Below, one piece after another: positions 29,386 through 39,453 of a DNA stretch of 64,000 bases. The notes beneath the pieces were generated by a model. That model was not told the DNA's origin. It was given only the letters and a program-made list of their open reading frames with translations, and did not search any database. Source of the DNA: Candidatus Zhuqueibacterota bacterium (GTDB lineage: Bacteria; Zhuqueibacterota; Zhuqueibacteria; Thermofontimicrobiales; Thermofontimicrobiaceae). The stretch is from NCBI GenBank assembly GCA_049322915.1, contig JBMOPW010000035.1, positions 1 to 64,000 on the forward strand, written 5' to 3'. Each line of letters opens with the position of its first letter. The stretch's first letter is position 1. The position numbers and the translations under genes were made by a program.

Positions 29386-30837
29386 ATGAACATGAAGACA
29401 AAAAAGAATAAAAGAATGATCCACCAGAGTGTCCGCGAAAATAGACCGACACAGGCCAATTTCATCATCCATGTGCTGCTGAAGCGAAAGCTGATTCTCA
29501 TCTCGGTGTTTACCGGCATTCTGGCGCTTGTGGCCGCGACTACAATTTTTCAGACGCCGATGTACAAGGCCAATTCCAAAATCCTTGTGGAACGGGAAAT
29601 AGACAGCGAAAAATCGCTACTGTTCCGGATGAATCTGAACATGGGATTCGAGAACTACGACTGGCTGAAGTCCGAAGTGGAAATTCTGCAGAGCATTCCG
29701 GTGGCCATGCGCGTGATCGACAGCCTGAAGTTATTTCACCGCAGCCTGCAAACAGCGGACAACGACGAGCTGAATCAGGCGCTGCAAGAGTTCAGCGCGA
29801 ATCTGACCATCGACCGGCCCAAAGATACCAATGTCATCGAAATCGGGTATGAATCCGAAGACAGAGCAACGACGGCCAGAGTCGTCAACGAACTGGTCGA
29901 AGCGTACATGGATTATCGGTACGAACTTTACAGCGAATCCGGTTCTTCCCAATTTCTGGACAGACAGATTCAACTGGTCGAAGTGAAACTCAATGGCCTG
30001 GAACAGCGATTGTCTCAATTCAAACAGAACAATGAATTGACCACGCCGGAGGCGCAGCGCGACATTCTTCTTTCCAAAATTGCGGAGTACGAAAAAGCAT
30101 TGACCACGGTTCGCACCAAACGCATCAGCAAAGAGACCAAACTGAATATTGTCAAAGAACAAAAGGCGACCAACGCTGACGTGAATATCCCGGTGACCGA
30201 ATCCTCGGACAGCCCCAGCCGGGAGAAATACATCACCAAATTGCGGGGCGAGCAGTTAGACCTCCAGTTGCAGCGCAATAAACTATTGCAGAAGTATACC
30301 CCGGAATACGAAGAGGTGGTGAACATGGACAAAGCCATCGAGAACATCCGCGGCTTCATTCGCACCGAAATCGACCAGATCATATATTCCGAAGAGACAG
30401 CCATTCGCGCCCTGAACGCCGAAGAGGACGTACTGAAGCGCACTATTGCCGAGCTGAACGGCCAGGTGAAGCGACTGGCCTACAATGAATACGAGTTGAA
30501 CCAGTTCTCCCGCGGCATTTCGGATAACCGGGACGTCTATTCCATGCTGCTGAAACAACGCGAAGAAGCCCGCATCTCTCAGGCGAAACTGGAGCGCGGT
30601 GTGAAAATAAAAGTGATCTCCCCGGCCAGGGTTCCATCCCGACCGTTCAAACCGGAGAAGAAGCGGAGTCTCTTGCTGGGTATCGTACTGGGAACAGTGA
30701 CCGCTCTCGGCGTCGTCTTCCTTCTCGAACATTTTGAGACAAGCACCCAGCGCAAAGAAAATGCATCCGACCCGGCCGGCCTGCCAGTGTGGGGCTCGGT
30801 CAGCACCATCAAAGTCGCACGAGCGGCGAACAAGTAG
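29386..30837 (+). CDS. Polysaccharide co-polymerase (GumC/Wzc periplasmic part)
   Basis: Two TM segments flanking a coiled coil; PMYKA; KYTPEY; ISPARVPSRP. Confidence 0.88.
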   Translation: MNMKTKKNKRMIHQSVRENRPTQANFIIHVLLKRKLILISVFTGILALVAATTIFQTPMYKANSKILVEREIDSEKSLLFRMNLNMGFENYDWLKSEVEILQSIPVAMRVIDSLKLFHRSLQTADNDELNQALQEFSANLTIDRPKDTNVIEIGYESEDRATTARVVNELVEAYMDYRYELYSESGSSQFLDRQIQLVEVKLNGLEQRLSQFKQNNELTTPEAQRDILLSKIAEYEKALTTVRTKRISKETKLNIVKEQKATNADVNIPVTESSDSPSREKYITKLRGEQLDLQLQRNKLLQKYTPEYEEVVNMDKAIENIRGFIRTEIDQIIYSEETAIRALNAEEDVLKRTIAELNGQVKRLAYNEYELNQFSRGISDNRDVYSMLLKQREEARISQAKLERGVKIKVISPARVPSRPFKPEKKRSLLLGIVLGTVTALGVVFLLEHFETSTQRKENASDPAGLPVWGSVSTIKVARAANK

Positions 30838-30848
30838 GAGATAAAAGG

Positions 30849-31673
30849 ATGAAATTGGCGCATCGACAAACGGACATCCACGACACCAATGAATTTTCTG
30901 ACCTGCAATGGATTTCACAGGCGAGCGGACTCCCGGGTCAGCGCGCAGCCGCGGCTGCACAGCCCGCGAGCGCGACGATCCTTCCATTGTCCAGCGGGAA
31001 TCGCACGAAAAGCGTTACCCACGCCATGCCGGTGTTGAATCGCGAGCAGGAAGCGAACTTCGAAGCACTCGCCGGAAATTTAATCGACGCCAGTCTGGAC
31101 AAGGGAACCCGGGTGTTGACAGTGACCAGCGCTGCGCCGCGCCAGGGCACATCGACCATCGTCTATTTCCTGGCGCTGAAGTTGGCGCAGAAGCAGGACG
31201 GCCGGAATGGGAAAAACAGCGTGTTGATCATCGACGCCAATTCCCGGCGGCCGGCGCAGCACACGTTCTTTCGACTCGGTCAGCAGGCGGGATTGGCGAG
31301 GATACGCCTGACGAATCCGAACGGGGGCAACGCCAACGAGCAGTCAGAGCTTTTCGTGCTCACATCGCGGCTATCCCCGGCCGGATGGCGAACCTTCATC
31401 GAATCCGGCAAATTCTCTTTTATGCTGAAAAAACTTCAGGCGGAATTCGATTACATTCTCATCGATGCGCCTTCTGTACTGGGAAATCCGGACACCGTCG
31501 TTGTTAGCCAGGCAACCGATGGCGTGCTGCTGGTGGTTCACAACAATCCGCTTCGTCGCGACGTGGTTGCAGCGGCGAGACAGGAGCTTGAAGATAATAA
31601 CGTGACTATTCTGGGAGTGGTGTTCAATAATCACATCGGCGCCGCTGCCATCCATAAAAATTACAGACAATAA
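30849..31673 (+). CDS. CpsD/CapB-family BY-kinase-like protein (degenerate Walker A)
   Basis: VTSAAPRQGTST, VLIIDAN..RP, FDYILIDAP, DGVLLVV, ILGVVFN. Confidence 0.82.
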   Translation: MKLAHRQTDIHDTNEFSDLQWISQASGLPGQRAAAAAQPASATILPLSSGNRTKSVTHAMPVLNREQEANFEALAGNLIDASLDKGTRVLTVTSAAPRQGTSTIVYFLALKLAQKQDGRNGKNSVLIIDANSRRPAQHTFFRLGQQAGLARIRLTNPNGGNANEQSELFVLTSRLSPAGWRTFIESGKFSFMLKKLQAEFDYILIDAPSVLGNPDTVVVSQATDGVLLVVHNNPLRRDVVAAARQELEDNNVTILGVVFNNHIGAAAIHKNYRQ

Positions 31674-31709
31674 CCGAATCTAAAGATACAAATTCAGAAA
31701 GGCAGACTC

Positions 31710-32966
31710 ATGAAGCACAATGCAGAACTCTCGACCCAGTCCAATATTCGCAACGATTATTTAGTATTTGGCAGTCCCATCATCAACGACGAAGAAATCG
31801 AAGAAGTGGTCGATTCGCTGAAATCGTGCTGGCTCGGCACCGGCCCCAAAGTAGCCCGGTTCGAAGAAAAATTTCGGTCGTACATTGGCTCCGATTACGC
31901 GCTGGCAGTGAATTCCTGCACCGCCGGATTGCATCTTTCGCTGACGGTTGCCGGCGTTGGGCCCGGCGACGAAGTGATCACTACTGCCATGACATTCGCG
32001 GCCACGGTCAACGCAATCACTCACACCGGCGCCACGCCCGTGCTGGTGGATGTGGATCGCAATACCGGCCTCATCGATCCGGAGCGCATCAGAGAGGCGA
32101 TCACACCTCAGACCAAAGCCATTGTGCCGGTGCATCTGTACGGTCGACCCTGCAATATGGATGACATTATGGCCATCGCCGGGGAGCACAATCTCATTGT
32201 GATAGAGGACGCAGCTCATGCCATTGAGACGGTTTACAAAGGCAGAAAAATCGGAACCATCGGTCATATGGCAGCCTTCAGTTTTTACGTCACAAAAAAC
32301 ATCACCACCGGCGAGGGCGGAATGGTGACTACCAATGATCCGGAATTTGCCGATAAAATAAAAGTATACGCGCTGCACGGAATGAGCAAAGACGCATGGA
32401 AACGTTTCTCCGATGAAGGCTATAAACACTATCAGGTCGTTGCCCCCGGTTTCAAATACAACATGATGGATATTCAGGCGGCCATTGGCATTCATCAAAT
32501 GGATCATCTCGGTTCCTGGCTGCTGCGGCGCAACGAAATCTGGCAGCGTTACAACGAAGCATTCGTTGATTTGCCGGTCACGCTTCCTGCCGGGGACGAA
32601 CCGGACACCGTCCATGCCCGGCATCTGTACACGCTCCTCATTGATGAAGAGCGCGCCGGCATCAGTCGCGACGAATTCATGAATCAGCTTCACAAGCACA
32701 ATATCGGAAGCGGCGTGCATTATCTGGGCGTGCATCTGCATCCGTACTACCGCGACCGATTCGGTTACGAGCCATCGGATTTTCCCAATGCGACCTATCT
32801 GAGCGAGCGCACGGTTTCCATTCCGCTCTCTCCGAAATTGCAGGATTCGGATGTGGATTACATCATCGGCGTCGTGCGAAACATACTCGCTGAAGCAGCT
32901 CAGGAGCGAAACCAAATGCAGGTTCACAGGAGCAGTGCAATGGCTCATTCCGGCGCGACCATCTGA
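31710..32966 (+). CDS. DegT/DnrJ/EryC1/StrS PLP-dependent sugar aminotransferase
   Basis: NSCTAGLHL, EDAAHA, FSFYVTKNITTGEGGM, GFKYNM. Confidence 0.95.
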   Translation: MKHNAELSTQSNIRNDYLVFGSPIINDEEIEEVVDSLKSCWLGTGPKVARFEEKFRSYIGSDYALAVNSCTAGLHLSLTVAGVGPGDEVITTAMTFAATVNAITHTGATPVLVDVDRNTGLIDPERIREAITPQTKAIVPVHLYGRPCNMDDIMAIAGEHNLIVIEDAAHAIETVYKGRKIGTIGHMAAFSFYVTKNITTGEGGMVTTNDPEFADKIKVYALHGMSKDAWKRFSDEGYKHYQVVAPGFKYNMMDIQAAIGIHQMDHLGSWLLRRNEIWQRYNEAFVDLPVTLPAGDEPDTVHARHLYTLLIDEERAGISRDEFMNQLHKHNIGSGVHYLGVHLHPYYRDRFGYEPSDFPNATYLSERTVSIPLSPKLQDSDVDYIIGVVRNILAEAAQERNQMQVHRSSAMAHSGATI

Positions 32967-33122
32967 TTCGACGTGATCTGCGCGCGGACAGCGAAAAGCC
33001 ATCGGCTCGCTGCGTTCACCGCAGGAGTGTTCTTCCGGCTGAGTCAGCACGCTGATTCAGCCAGGGAATTCATGTCGATGAAAAGACACACTTCAGGACA
33101 GAACAACAGGGAGCTATCGCCT

Positions 33123-34097
33123 ATGAAATTCGCGTCTAAAATTTCCAAACAATACTGGGAAGAGACAATTGCCCGGTGCCCCAACGCTACATTTTTTCAT
33201 ACCTGTGCATGGGCCAAACTGATGACAGCCATCTATCCCCATCTTTCGATTGCGACGATGGGATTTGAAATGTCCGACGGCGCACGCGCTGTGTTGCCGC
33301 TGCTATCGGTACGCTCCAGGCTCAAAGGCATGGTGCGCACCTTTTACACCATGGTGCCCGGCGTGTACGGCGGCATTGTCACGGACAGGCGCTGTCTGAC
33401 CCGGCTTGAACTGGAAATGGTGTTCTCAAAATTCAAAGGGCTAAAATTCAATCACATTGTGTATGTGAACAATCCGTACGAGAGTTATGATATCCCGGGC
33501 CGCTATCGCGAGAGTGAGATGTTCACTCATATTTTAAATCTGAATCAGGATTATGAGTGCATCAAAAGAAATTTTTCACGCGGCAACAGAAGCACAATCA
33601 ATAAAGCGATCCGATCCGGCGTCACCATCGAGTTAGCCCAGACCTACTCCGATTATCAGGAGTATTATGAGATGTACCAGGATTCGCTGGATCGATGGGG
33701 AGACAGGGCGTCGAGCTTCTATCCCTTTGAACTGTTTCATCACATTTTCGAACTCAATTCGCCCCACATCAAATTGTGGCTGGCAAAAGTCGATGGAATC
33801 ATCATCGCCGGCTCGTTGGTCTTCTCGTACAACAATCACGTGGTCGCCTGGCATGGCGCTGCACGGCGGTCTCATTTTGAGTATCGTCCCAATAATTTGC
33901 TGTACGCTCAAATCATCCGCGACGCCTATAATCAGGGCTATCGTTACTTTGACTTCAATCCCAGCGGCGGGCACGAAGGCGTCGTTCATTTCAAAGAGTC
34001 CTTCGGCGCAGTGAGAAAATATTTCAACGTGCAGTACTGGTCATCGAATCCACTGTATACTTTTTACTTACAACGCAAGAAAGCAGATCAGCATTGA
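33123..34097 (+). CDS. FemAB/GNAT-family acyltransferase
   Basis: ATFFHT..W, PGVYGG, INKAIRSGV, PNNLLY, FDFNPSGGHEGVVHFKESFGA. ATG at 33123 follows GGGAG. Confidence 0.82.
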   Translation: MKFASKISKQYWEETIARCPNATFFHTCAWAKLMTAIYPHLSIATMGFEMSDGARAVLPLLSVRSRLKGMVRTFYTMVPGVYGGIVTDRRCLTRLELEMVFSKFKGLKFNHIVYVNNPYESYDIPGRYRESEMFTHILNLNQDYECIKRNFSRGNRSTINKAIRSGVTIELAQTYSDYQEYYEMYQDSLDRWGDRASSFYPFELFHHIFELNSPHIKLWLAKVDGIIIAGSLVFSYNNHVVAWHGAARRSHFEYRPNNLLYAQIIRDAYNQGYRYFDFNPSGGHEGVVHFKESFGAVRKYFNVQYWSSNPLYTFYLQRKKADQH

Positions 34098-35545
34098 ACT
34101 TGAAATTGCAAACCGCCTCCGGCATGAAATGGACGACTCTGAGTTCTGCCGTGAACACCGGCCTGCGCATGATGCAACTGGTGGTTTTAGCCCGATTCCT
34201 CTCTCCTGAAGAATTCGGCCTGATGTCCATGGTCTGGATCATCATCGGCTTCATCCAGATTTACATCGACTTCGGCATTTCCAGCGCCATCATTCACCGG
34301 CAGGACGCCACGCCAAACCAGCTCTCCACGCTGTACTGGCTCAACGTGATCGTCGGACTGGCTACGTTCATCCTTGTCTGGATCAGTTCGCCTCTGGTGG
34401 CTGTATTGTTTCATGAGCCGCGACTGGTCACGTTGCTTCATGCCGTCGCCGTGGTTTTTCTCATTACTCCCTGGGGACAGCAATTTCAGATACTCCTGCA
34501 GAAAGACCTGAAATTCAATCTACTGGCCAAACAGGAAATCATTGCCACGATCAGCGGCGTTTCGGCGACCATCCTGCTCGCTGCAATGGGCCACGGCGTG
34601 TGGGCGTTGGTGCTGGGGCTCATCATGACGGAGTTGGTGAAAACACTGCTGCTTCTGCTCGTTTCGTGGGACCAATACAAACCCGGATTGCGTTTCGAAC
34701 GAAGTCATTTGAAAGGCTATCTCAGTTTTGGCCTGTACCAGATGGGCGAGCGCAGCGTGAATTATCTGGGACAACGGTTCGACCAGTTGCTCATCGGCGC
34801 CATTTTAGGCGCCCACTCGTTGGGGTATTATAATTTTGCATACAACCTGGTCATCCAGCCGATCAGCCGCATCAATCCCATTGTCACGCGCGTCGTTTTT
34901 CCGGTCTTCTCCAGAGTCCAGTCCGATGAGAACCGTCTGAAAAAGGGATACCTGAAGGTCATCTCCCTGCTGACGTCAATCAATGCGCCGCTGCTGATTG
35001 GACTAGCGGTTTCGGCCCCGGTGGCAATTCCCATTATCTTCGGTGAGACATGGACCGAGGCTGTTCGGCTTGTCCAAATTCTCAGCATCGTGGGATTGCT
35101 GCGAAGCGTGGGCAATCCGATTGGCAGCCTGCAATTAGCCCGCGGTCGCGCCGACCTCGGTTTCAAATGGAATCTTGCGCTGCTCTTCGTTTACATCCCC
35201 GGCATTTTCCTGGGTGGAAAACTTGGCGGAGTTGTTGGCATCGCCCTGACGATGATGATATTACAGATTGTCCTGCTGATCCCCTCCTACTTCTTCCTGG
35301 TGAGAAATCTCATTGGGCACTGCGCACGCGAATATTTTTCCGAGATGTTCAAACCGATTATGATTTCCGTAGAGATGGCGATAATTGTTCTAGCCCTGTC
35401 GCTGAGCTTTCGTCACGTCTCGCCGATGGTGAACCTGACCATCCAGCTTGTCGCCGGAGCGATCTCGTACATCGGCCTGACGCGAATCCACAGCCGGGAG
35501 ACCATCACAGAATTCAAATTCATCCTTGCAGCGAAACATTCCTGA
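34094..35545 (+). CDS. Wzx/MOP flippase (WzxC-like)
   Basis: LARFLSPEEFG, DFGISSAII, LGYYNFAY; about 12 TM segments. Confidence 0.92.
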   Translation: MNLKLQTASGMKWTTLSSAVNTGLRMMQLVVLARFLSPEEFGLMSMVWIIIGFIQIYIDFGISSAIIHRQDATPNQLSTLYWLNVIVGLATFILVWISSPLVAVLFHEPRLVTLLHAVAVVFLITPWGQQFQILLQKDLKFNLLAKQEIIATISGVSATILLAAMGHGVWALVLGLIMTELVKTLLLLLVSWDQYKPGLRFERSHLKGYLSFGLYQMGERSVNYLGQRFDQLLIGAILGAHSLGYYNFAYNLVIQPISRINPIVTRVVFPVFSRVQSDENRLKKGYLKVISLLTSINAPLLIGLAVSAPVAIPIIFGETWTEAVRLVQILSIVGLLRSVGNPIGSLQLARGRADLGFKWNLALLFVYIPGIFLGGKLGGVVGIALTMMILQIVLLIPSYFFLVRNLIGHCAREYFSEMFKPIMISVEMAIIVLALSLSFRHVSPMVNLTIQLVAGAISYIGLTRIHSRETITEFKFILAAKHS

Positions 35546-35668
35546 CGATGAGGAATTCAGCGCGCTGACCGGCGGCGGCCGCGAAATGCGCGACGGGGCG
35601 CGTGGAATTCCGGCGCAAATGCCGCAGACAGGGACGTTCCGCGTAACAGCCCATGAACCGTCAGGACA

Positions 35669-36817
35669 ATGCCTATGAAGATTCTTCATTCCATCGAAAC
35701 ATGGTTCAATCCGACTGAAAACTGGATTTATGACCAGATCCGCGCCACAGGACTTTCCCAGGATATTCTCTGTTCCACGCTGAGAACTCCCCTGCCGGCG
35801 TTGCCTTCCGGGACTGTGTTCCTCAGAAAAAATGACGGCCCGCTGGAGCAATTGAAAATCAAACTGACCAATCGGTTCAACATCAATTTCAGCAGGAATG
35901 ACCGCTTCTCCGGCTATCACGACTACGACATTCTATTCTCGCATTTCGGCTATCAGGCATGGCAGGATCTGCTCTGTACACCGAACGCCCGCATGAAACG
36001 GATCGTTCGGTTTTATGGCATCGATCTGGATTTCACCTATCGTATAAAATACTGGCCGGAGCGCTATCGCGTCATTTTTCGGGACTATCACAAGGTCGTC
36101 GCTGAGGGCGTTGCCATGAAATTGAAGCTGCAACAGTTCGGGTGCGCGCCGGAGAAAATCGTCATCCTGCACCACGGCATCATCCCGTTCGCTGAATTAG
36201 CGGTGCGGGATTTTTCCCGAACGAACCGCGCATTCAAATGCCTCATCTGCGGCCGTTTCGCGGAGAAGAAAGGCTTTCCGGATGCGGTGCACGCATTGGG
36301 TGAATTGAAGAAAAGGTACCGCGTCCCGGTGGAACTCACCATTATCGGCGATGCAGCGCGCGACAATGATTTTCGCGAGAAGGAGCAGATGCAGGAACTG
36401 GATCGGCGTTACGATCTCCGCGCCAGATTTTTGGGCATGGTGTCGCTGGAGGAAATGAACGCGCAGATGGCGCAGAACGATTTCTTCCTGTCGCCGTCAG
36501 TCACCCCGGACAACGGCGACATCGAAGGCGGCTTCCCGACCACGCTCATTCACGCGGCTAATCACGGCATGATTCTCGTGGGGACGCACCACTGCGACAT
36601 TCCTGAGATCATCATTCACGGCAAAAACGGCTATCTCGCGCCGGAGCGGGACGTGGAGCAATTGGTGGCGCATCTCAGGGCGCTGAGCCGTGCGTCGGCA
36701 GAGGAATTGCGCGCCATGTCCGCTTACAGCCACCACCTGGTGAAAGAGCAGTTCAATCTGGCCGTCGAAGGCGAGGCACTGAAATCACTGTACCAGCAAA
36801 CCATCATGGATTCCTGA
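35669..36817 (+). CDS. GT4 glycosyltransferase (WcaL-like)
   Basis: SHFG, GRFAEKKG, PSVTPDNGDIEGG, HCDIPEII. Confidence 0.88.
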   Translation: MPMKILHSIETWFNPTENWIYDQIRATGLSQDILCSTLRTPLPALPSGTVFLRKNDGPLEQLKIKLTNRFNINFSRNDRFSGYHDYDILFSHFGYQAWQDLLCTPNARMKRIVRFYGIDLDFTYRIKYWPERYRVIFRDYHKVVAEGVAMKLKLQQFGCAPEKIVILHHGIIPFAELAVRDFSRTNRAFKCLICGRFAEKKGFPDAVHALGELKKRYRVPVELTIIGDAARDNDFREKEQMQELDRRYDLRARFLGMVSLEEMNAQMAQNDFFLSPSVTPDNGDIEGGFPTTLIHAANHGMILVGTHHCDIPEIIIHGKNGYLAPERDVEQLVAHLRALSRASAEELRAMSAYSHHLVKEQFNLAVEGEALKSLYQQTIMDS

Positions 36818-36818
36818 A

Positions 36819-37901
36819 ATGAACGCCCGACCCGCGAATACAGGGAACCGGATCGATGCGGCGAGTCAGCCGGGATTGGTCTCCGTGATCATTCCGACAT
36901 TCAACAGCGCCGCGCTCATCAGCCAGACGCTGCAATCCGTTTTGTGGCAACTCCATCGGCCAATGGAACTGATCATTGTGGACGATGGCTCGACCGACGC
37001 CACAGCGGAAGTTGTGTCCGAATTCGAAGCGCAGCACGCCGGAGATGAGGGCTTTGAAGTGCATTATTTCTACCAGCCCAATGCCGGCGGCGCTCGCGCG
37101 CGCAATGCCGGCCTGATCCTGTCCCGCGGCGAATACATCCAGTTTTTGGATGCCGATGATATTCTGTCCCGCACCAAAATCGCCCGGCAATACGAACGGT
37201 TGAAGGGGCTGTCCGGCGATGTTGCGGCGTACGGCGCCTGGGCCTATTTTGAAAAAAGTCAACGCGGCTATCGGATTTTCAAAACGTACGGCGAGCGACA
37301 TGCAGCGAATCAATTGATCGACTGGATCGGCGGCTGGTTCGTGCCCACTCATTCCATTCTCTGGAAACGGGCGACCATCGCAGCGTTGGGACCGTGGGAC
37401 GAGCAACTCCGCGCCGATCAGGACGGTGAATATGCGCTGCGGTTTTTACGCGCCGGCGGGAAATTCCTGTTTGTCGATCGCAGTCAGGCATATTACCGCC
37501 AGGCTCAAAATTTAAAAAAGATCGCCTCGACGGTGAGTCGTCGCGCCACAGAGGAATCGATACAATCCCGGATCGGGCTGGCGCAACGGCTGGAAGCGCA
37601 TTTCATCGAGCGAAACGCACTCGATGCTCTCGCGCGGAATGCCCTGGCGCGACGGTATTTCGAGATCGCCCGACACTGGACTCAGTCGCACCCGGACATC
37701 CGACGCCAATGCCTCGCTGAGTTCGAGCGTCTCTCGGACAGCCATTCCATCACCGCATCGTTCCTGTCGCGAACCATGTACCGAGTGTTCGGATTTACGT
37801 TCACCCAAAAACTCAAACACCTCATCCGCGGACGCATTGGCGTGCCGCGACAGTTCCGCGCCAGAGCAGTCCCTTCCCTCGAACACATGTGCGCGCTGTA
37901 A
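36819..37901 (+). CDS. GT2 glycosyltransferase
   Basis: VSVIIPTFN, VDDGSTD, ARNAGL, FLDADD. Confidence 0.92.
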   Translation: MNARPANTGNRIDAASQPGLVSVIIPTFNSAALISQTLQSVLWQLHRPMELIIVDDGSTDATAEVVSEFEAQHAGDEGFEVHYFYQPNAGGARARNAGLILSRGEYIQFLDADDILSRTKIARQYERLKGLSGDVAAYGAWAYFEKSQRGYRIFKTYGERHAANQLIDWIGGWFVPTHSILWKRATIAALGPWDEQLRADQDGEYALRFLRAGGKFLFVDRSQAYYRQAQNLKKIASTVSRRATEESIQSRIGLAQRLEAHFIERNALDALARNALARRYFEIARHWTQSHPDIRRQCLAEFERLSDSHSITASFLSRTMYRVFGFTFTQKLKHLIRGRIGVPRQFRARAVPSLEHMCAL

Positions 37902-37985
37902 TTCCGCCTCGTCCTGCTTCTCGTTCAGAATCACGTGTATCAGCCCATCCTGCTGGTCGCGGTTTCCCTCGTTTCTATCGTGAAA

Positions 37986-38107
37986 ATCAAAATGATACTG
38001 CCTATGAGAAAAAGCCTGTTTTGTCTCATTTTGAAAACAGGACTCGACTTTTTAATGGCTTAAAAATCAGATAGTTGTCCCAGCGCCGGACATGGCATAA
38101 TAATTGA
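37986..38107 (+). promoter_or_regulatory. Putative sigma54 promoter with two upstream enhancer sites and an IHF-like site (copy 2)
   Basis: ATCAAAATGATA (37986), TGTCTCATTTTGAAA (38022), AATCAGATAGTTG (38065), TGGCATAATAATTGA (38093). Confidence 0.65.
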
Positions 38108-38163
38108 GTTGAATGCAGCAAATCAATTCACTGAAGGACATCACAGAATTTTTAAAGCATGCA

Positions 38164-39453
38164 ATGCACACGATGACCACGCTCAATGAAAAAATAACGA
38201 CCCATACCCGCATCCTCTTTTTCTTCCTGTTCATGATATTCTTTTTCATGGATGGCCATAATTTATCCCGACCATCCGAAGAAAAAGGCAGCGTCGAGCA
38301 GGAGATGACCAAGGTCGAAGATGGTCGGCTGGATCGGCGCGTCAGTCTGTTTCTGCTGTTTGGATTCGCCGTTTACAGTTTGGCCCGGCGCGGCCTGGGC
38401 CGTGTTCGGATCAACAACTTCCTGGGCTGGCTCAGCATCATGTTTTTTTTATGGGCGTTTTACAGCCTTGCCTGGTCTGAAGCGTTCGGCCTCACAGCGC
38501 GCCGGCTGATGGTTCTGGTCATGCTCTTCGTCATTGGACTGGCCCTGGCCGAGCGGTTTTCCGTGAAAACGCTGGCGACCTGGATTTTCGCCGCCACGGC
38601 TGGCTACGCCGCGCTGGGTCTGGTCGCTGAAATCGGCGCTGGCACTTTGGCCCCGCTGAATGCGGAATACCGCCTGGCCGGCACGCTGCATCCCAATCAC
38701 CAGGGCATCAACAGCGCGTTGCTCATTCTCAGCGGAATTTTTCTGAGCGATGTTTCACCGCGCCTGCGAAAATGGGCGATCCCGGCCATCATCATGGGCA
38801 TCGCCCTGCTCATTCTCACAAAGTCACGGACTTCGCTCATCAGCTCCCTTGCCGGAATGACTTTGTATTTGAGCGTGCGACTGTCCCGGGTGCAAAAAGT
38901 CGCCGCGATTTTCAGCTCAGTCATTCTCCTGTTGGTGGTGCTCATCTATTTCGGCGACACGCTTTTTCCCACGGTACAGGAAGCCGCGCTGATGGGTCGC
39001 GAAGACAGCACGGAAACGGTGCAATCGCTCACCGGCCGGGTGCCGCTCTGGCAACTGTGCCTGAGCTACGTGAACAAACGCCCCATCCAAGGGTACGGAT
39101 TCGGAGCATTCTGGAATAACAAAAATATGGCGAAAATATCTGCGTCCGAAAACTGGGTCATCGGTGAAAGCCACAATGCCTATATCGAATTAGCGCTGGG
39201 CCTGGGATTGGTCGGCTTGCTGCTGTACCTGGGATTACTCGTCGGCGGGTTTGTTTTCTCGCTCCTCCTCTATTTCAAAAAAAACAATGCTGAATATCTC
39301 TTCCTGGCTGCGCTGCTTCTGTTCAGCATCATCGACGGCTCTCTGGAATCGGCCATTGTTTTTCCCGGGCTCATCATGCAACTCTGTTTCATCGCTTTTC
39401 TTAAACTGGGCCTCATTCAGGAACGACGCAATAAGGAGTTATTCTATATATGA
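38164..39453 (+). CDS. O-antigen ligase/Wzy polymerase family membrane protein
   Basis: HPNHQG, TKSRTS, LTGRVPLW, GYGFGAFW, SHNAYIE. Start uncertain (38113/38164/38173). Confidence 0.88.
   Translation: MHTMTTLNEKITTHTRILFFFLFMIFFFMDGHNLSRPSEEKGSVEQEMTKVEDGRLDRRVSLFLLFGFAVYSLARRGLGRVRINNFLGWLSIMFFLWAFYSLAWSEAFGLTARRLMVLVMLFVIGLALAERFSVKTLATWIFAATAGYAALGLVAEIGAGTLAPLNAEYRLAGTLHPNHQGINSALLILSGIFLSDVSPRLRKWAIPAIIMGIALLILTKSRTSLISSLAGMTLYLSVRLSRVQKVAAIFSSVILLLVVLIYFGDTLFPTVQEAALMGREDSTETVQSLTGRVPLWQLCLSYVNKRPIQGYGFGAFWNNKNMAKISASENWVIGESHNAYIELALGLGLVGLLLYLGLLVGGFVFSLLLYFKKNNAEYLFLAALLLFSIIDGSLESAIVFPGLIMQLCFIAFLKLGLIQERRNKELFYI

Noticed and set aside
31761..33050. 429-aa minus-strand ORF
   Set aside because: Antisense shadow of the DegT aminotransferase.
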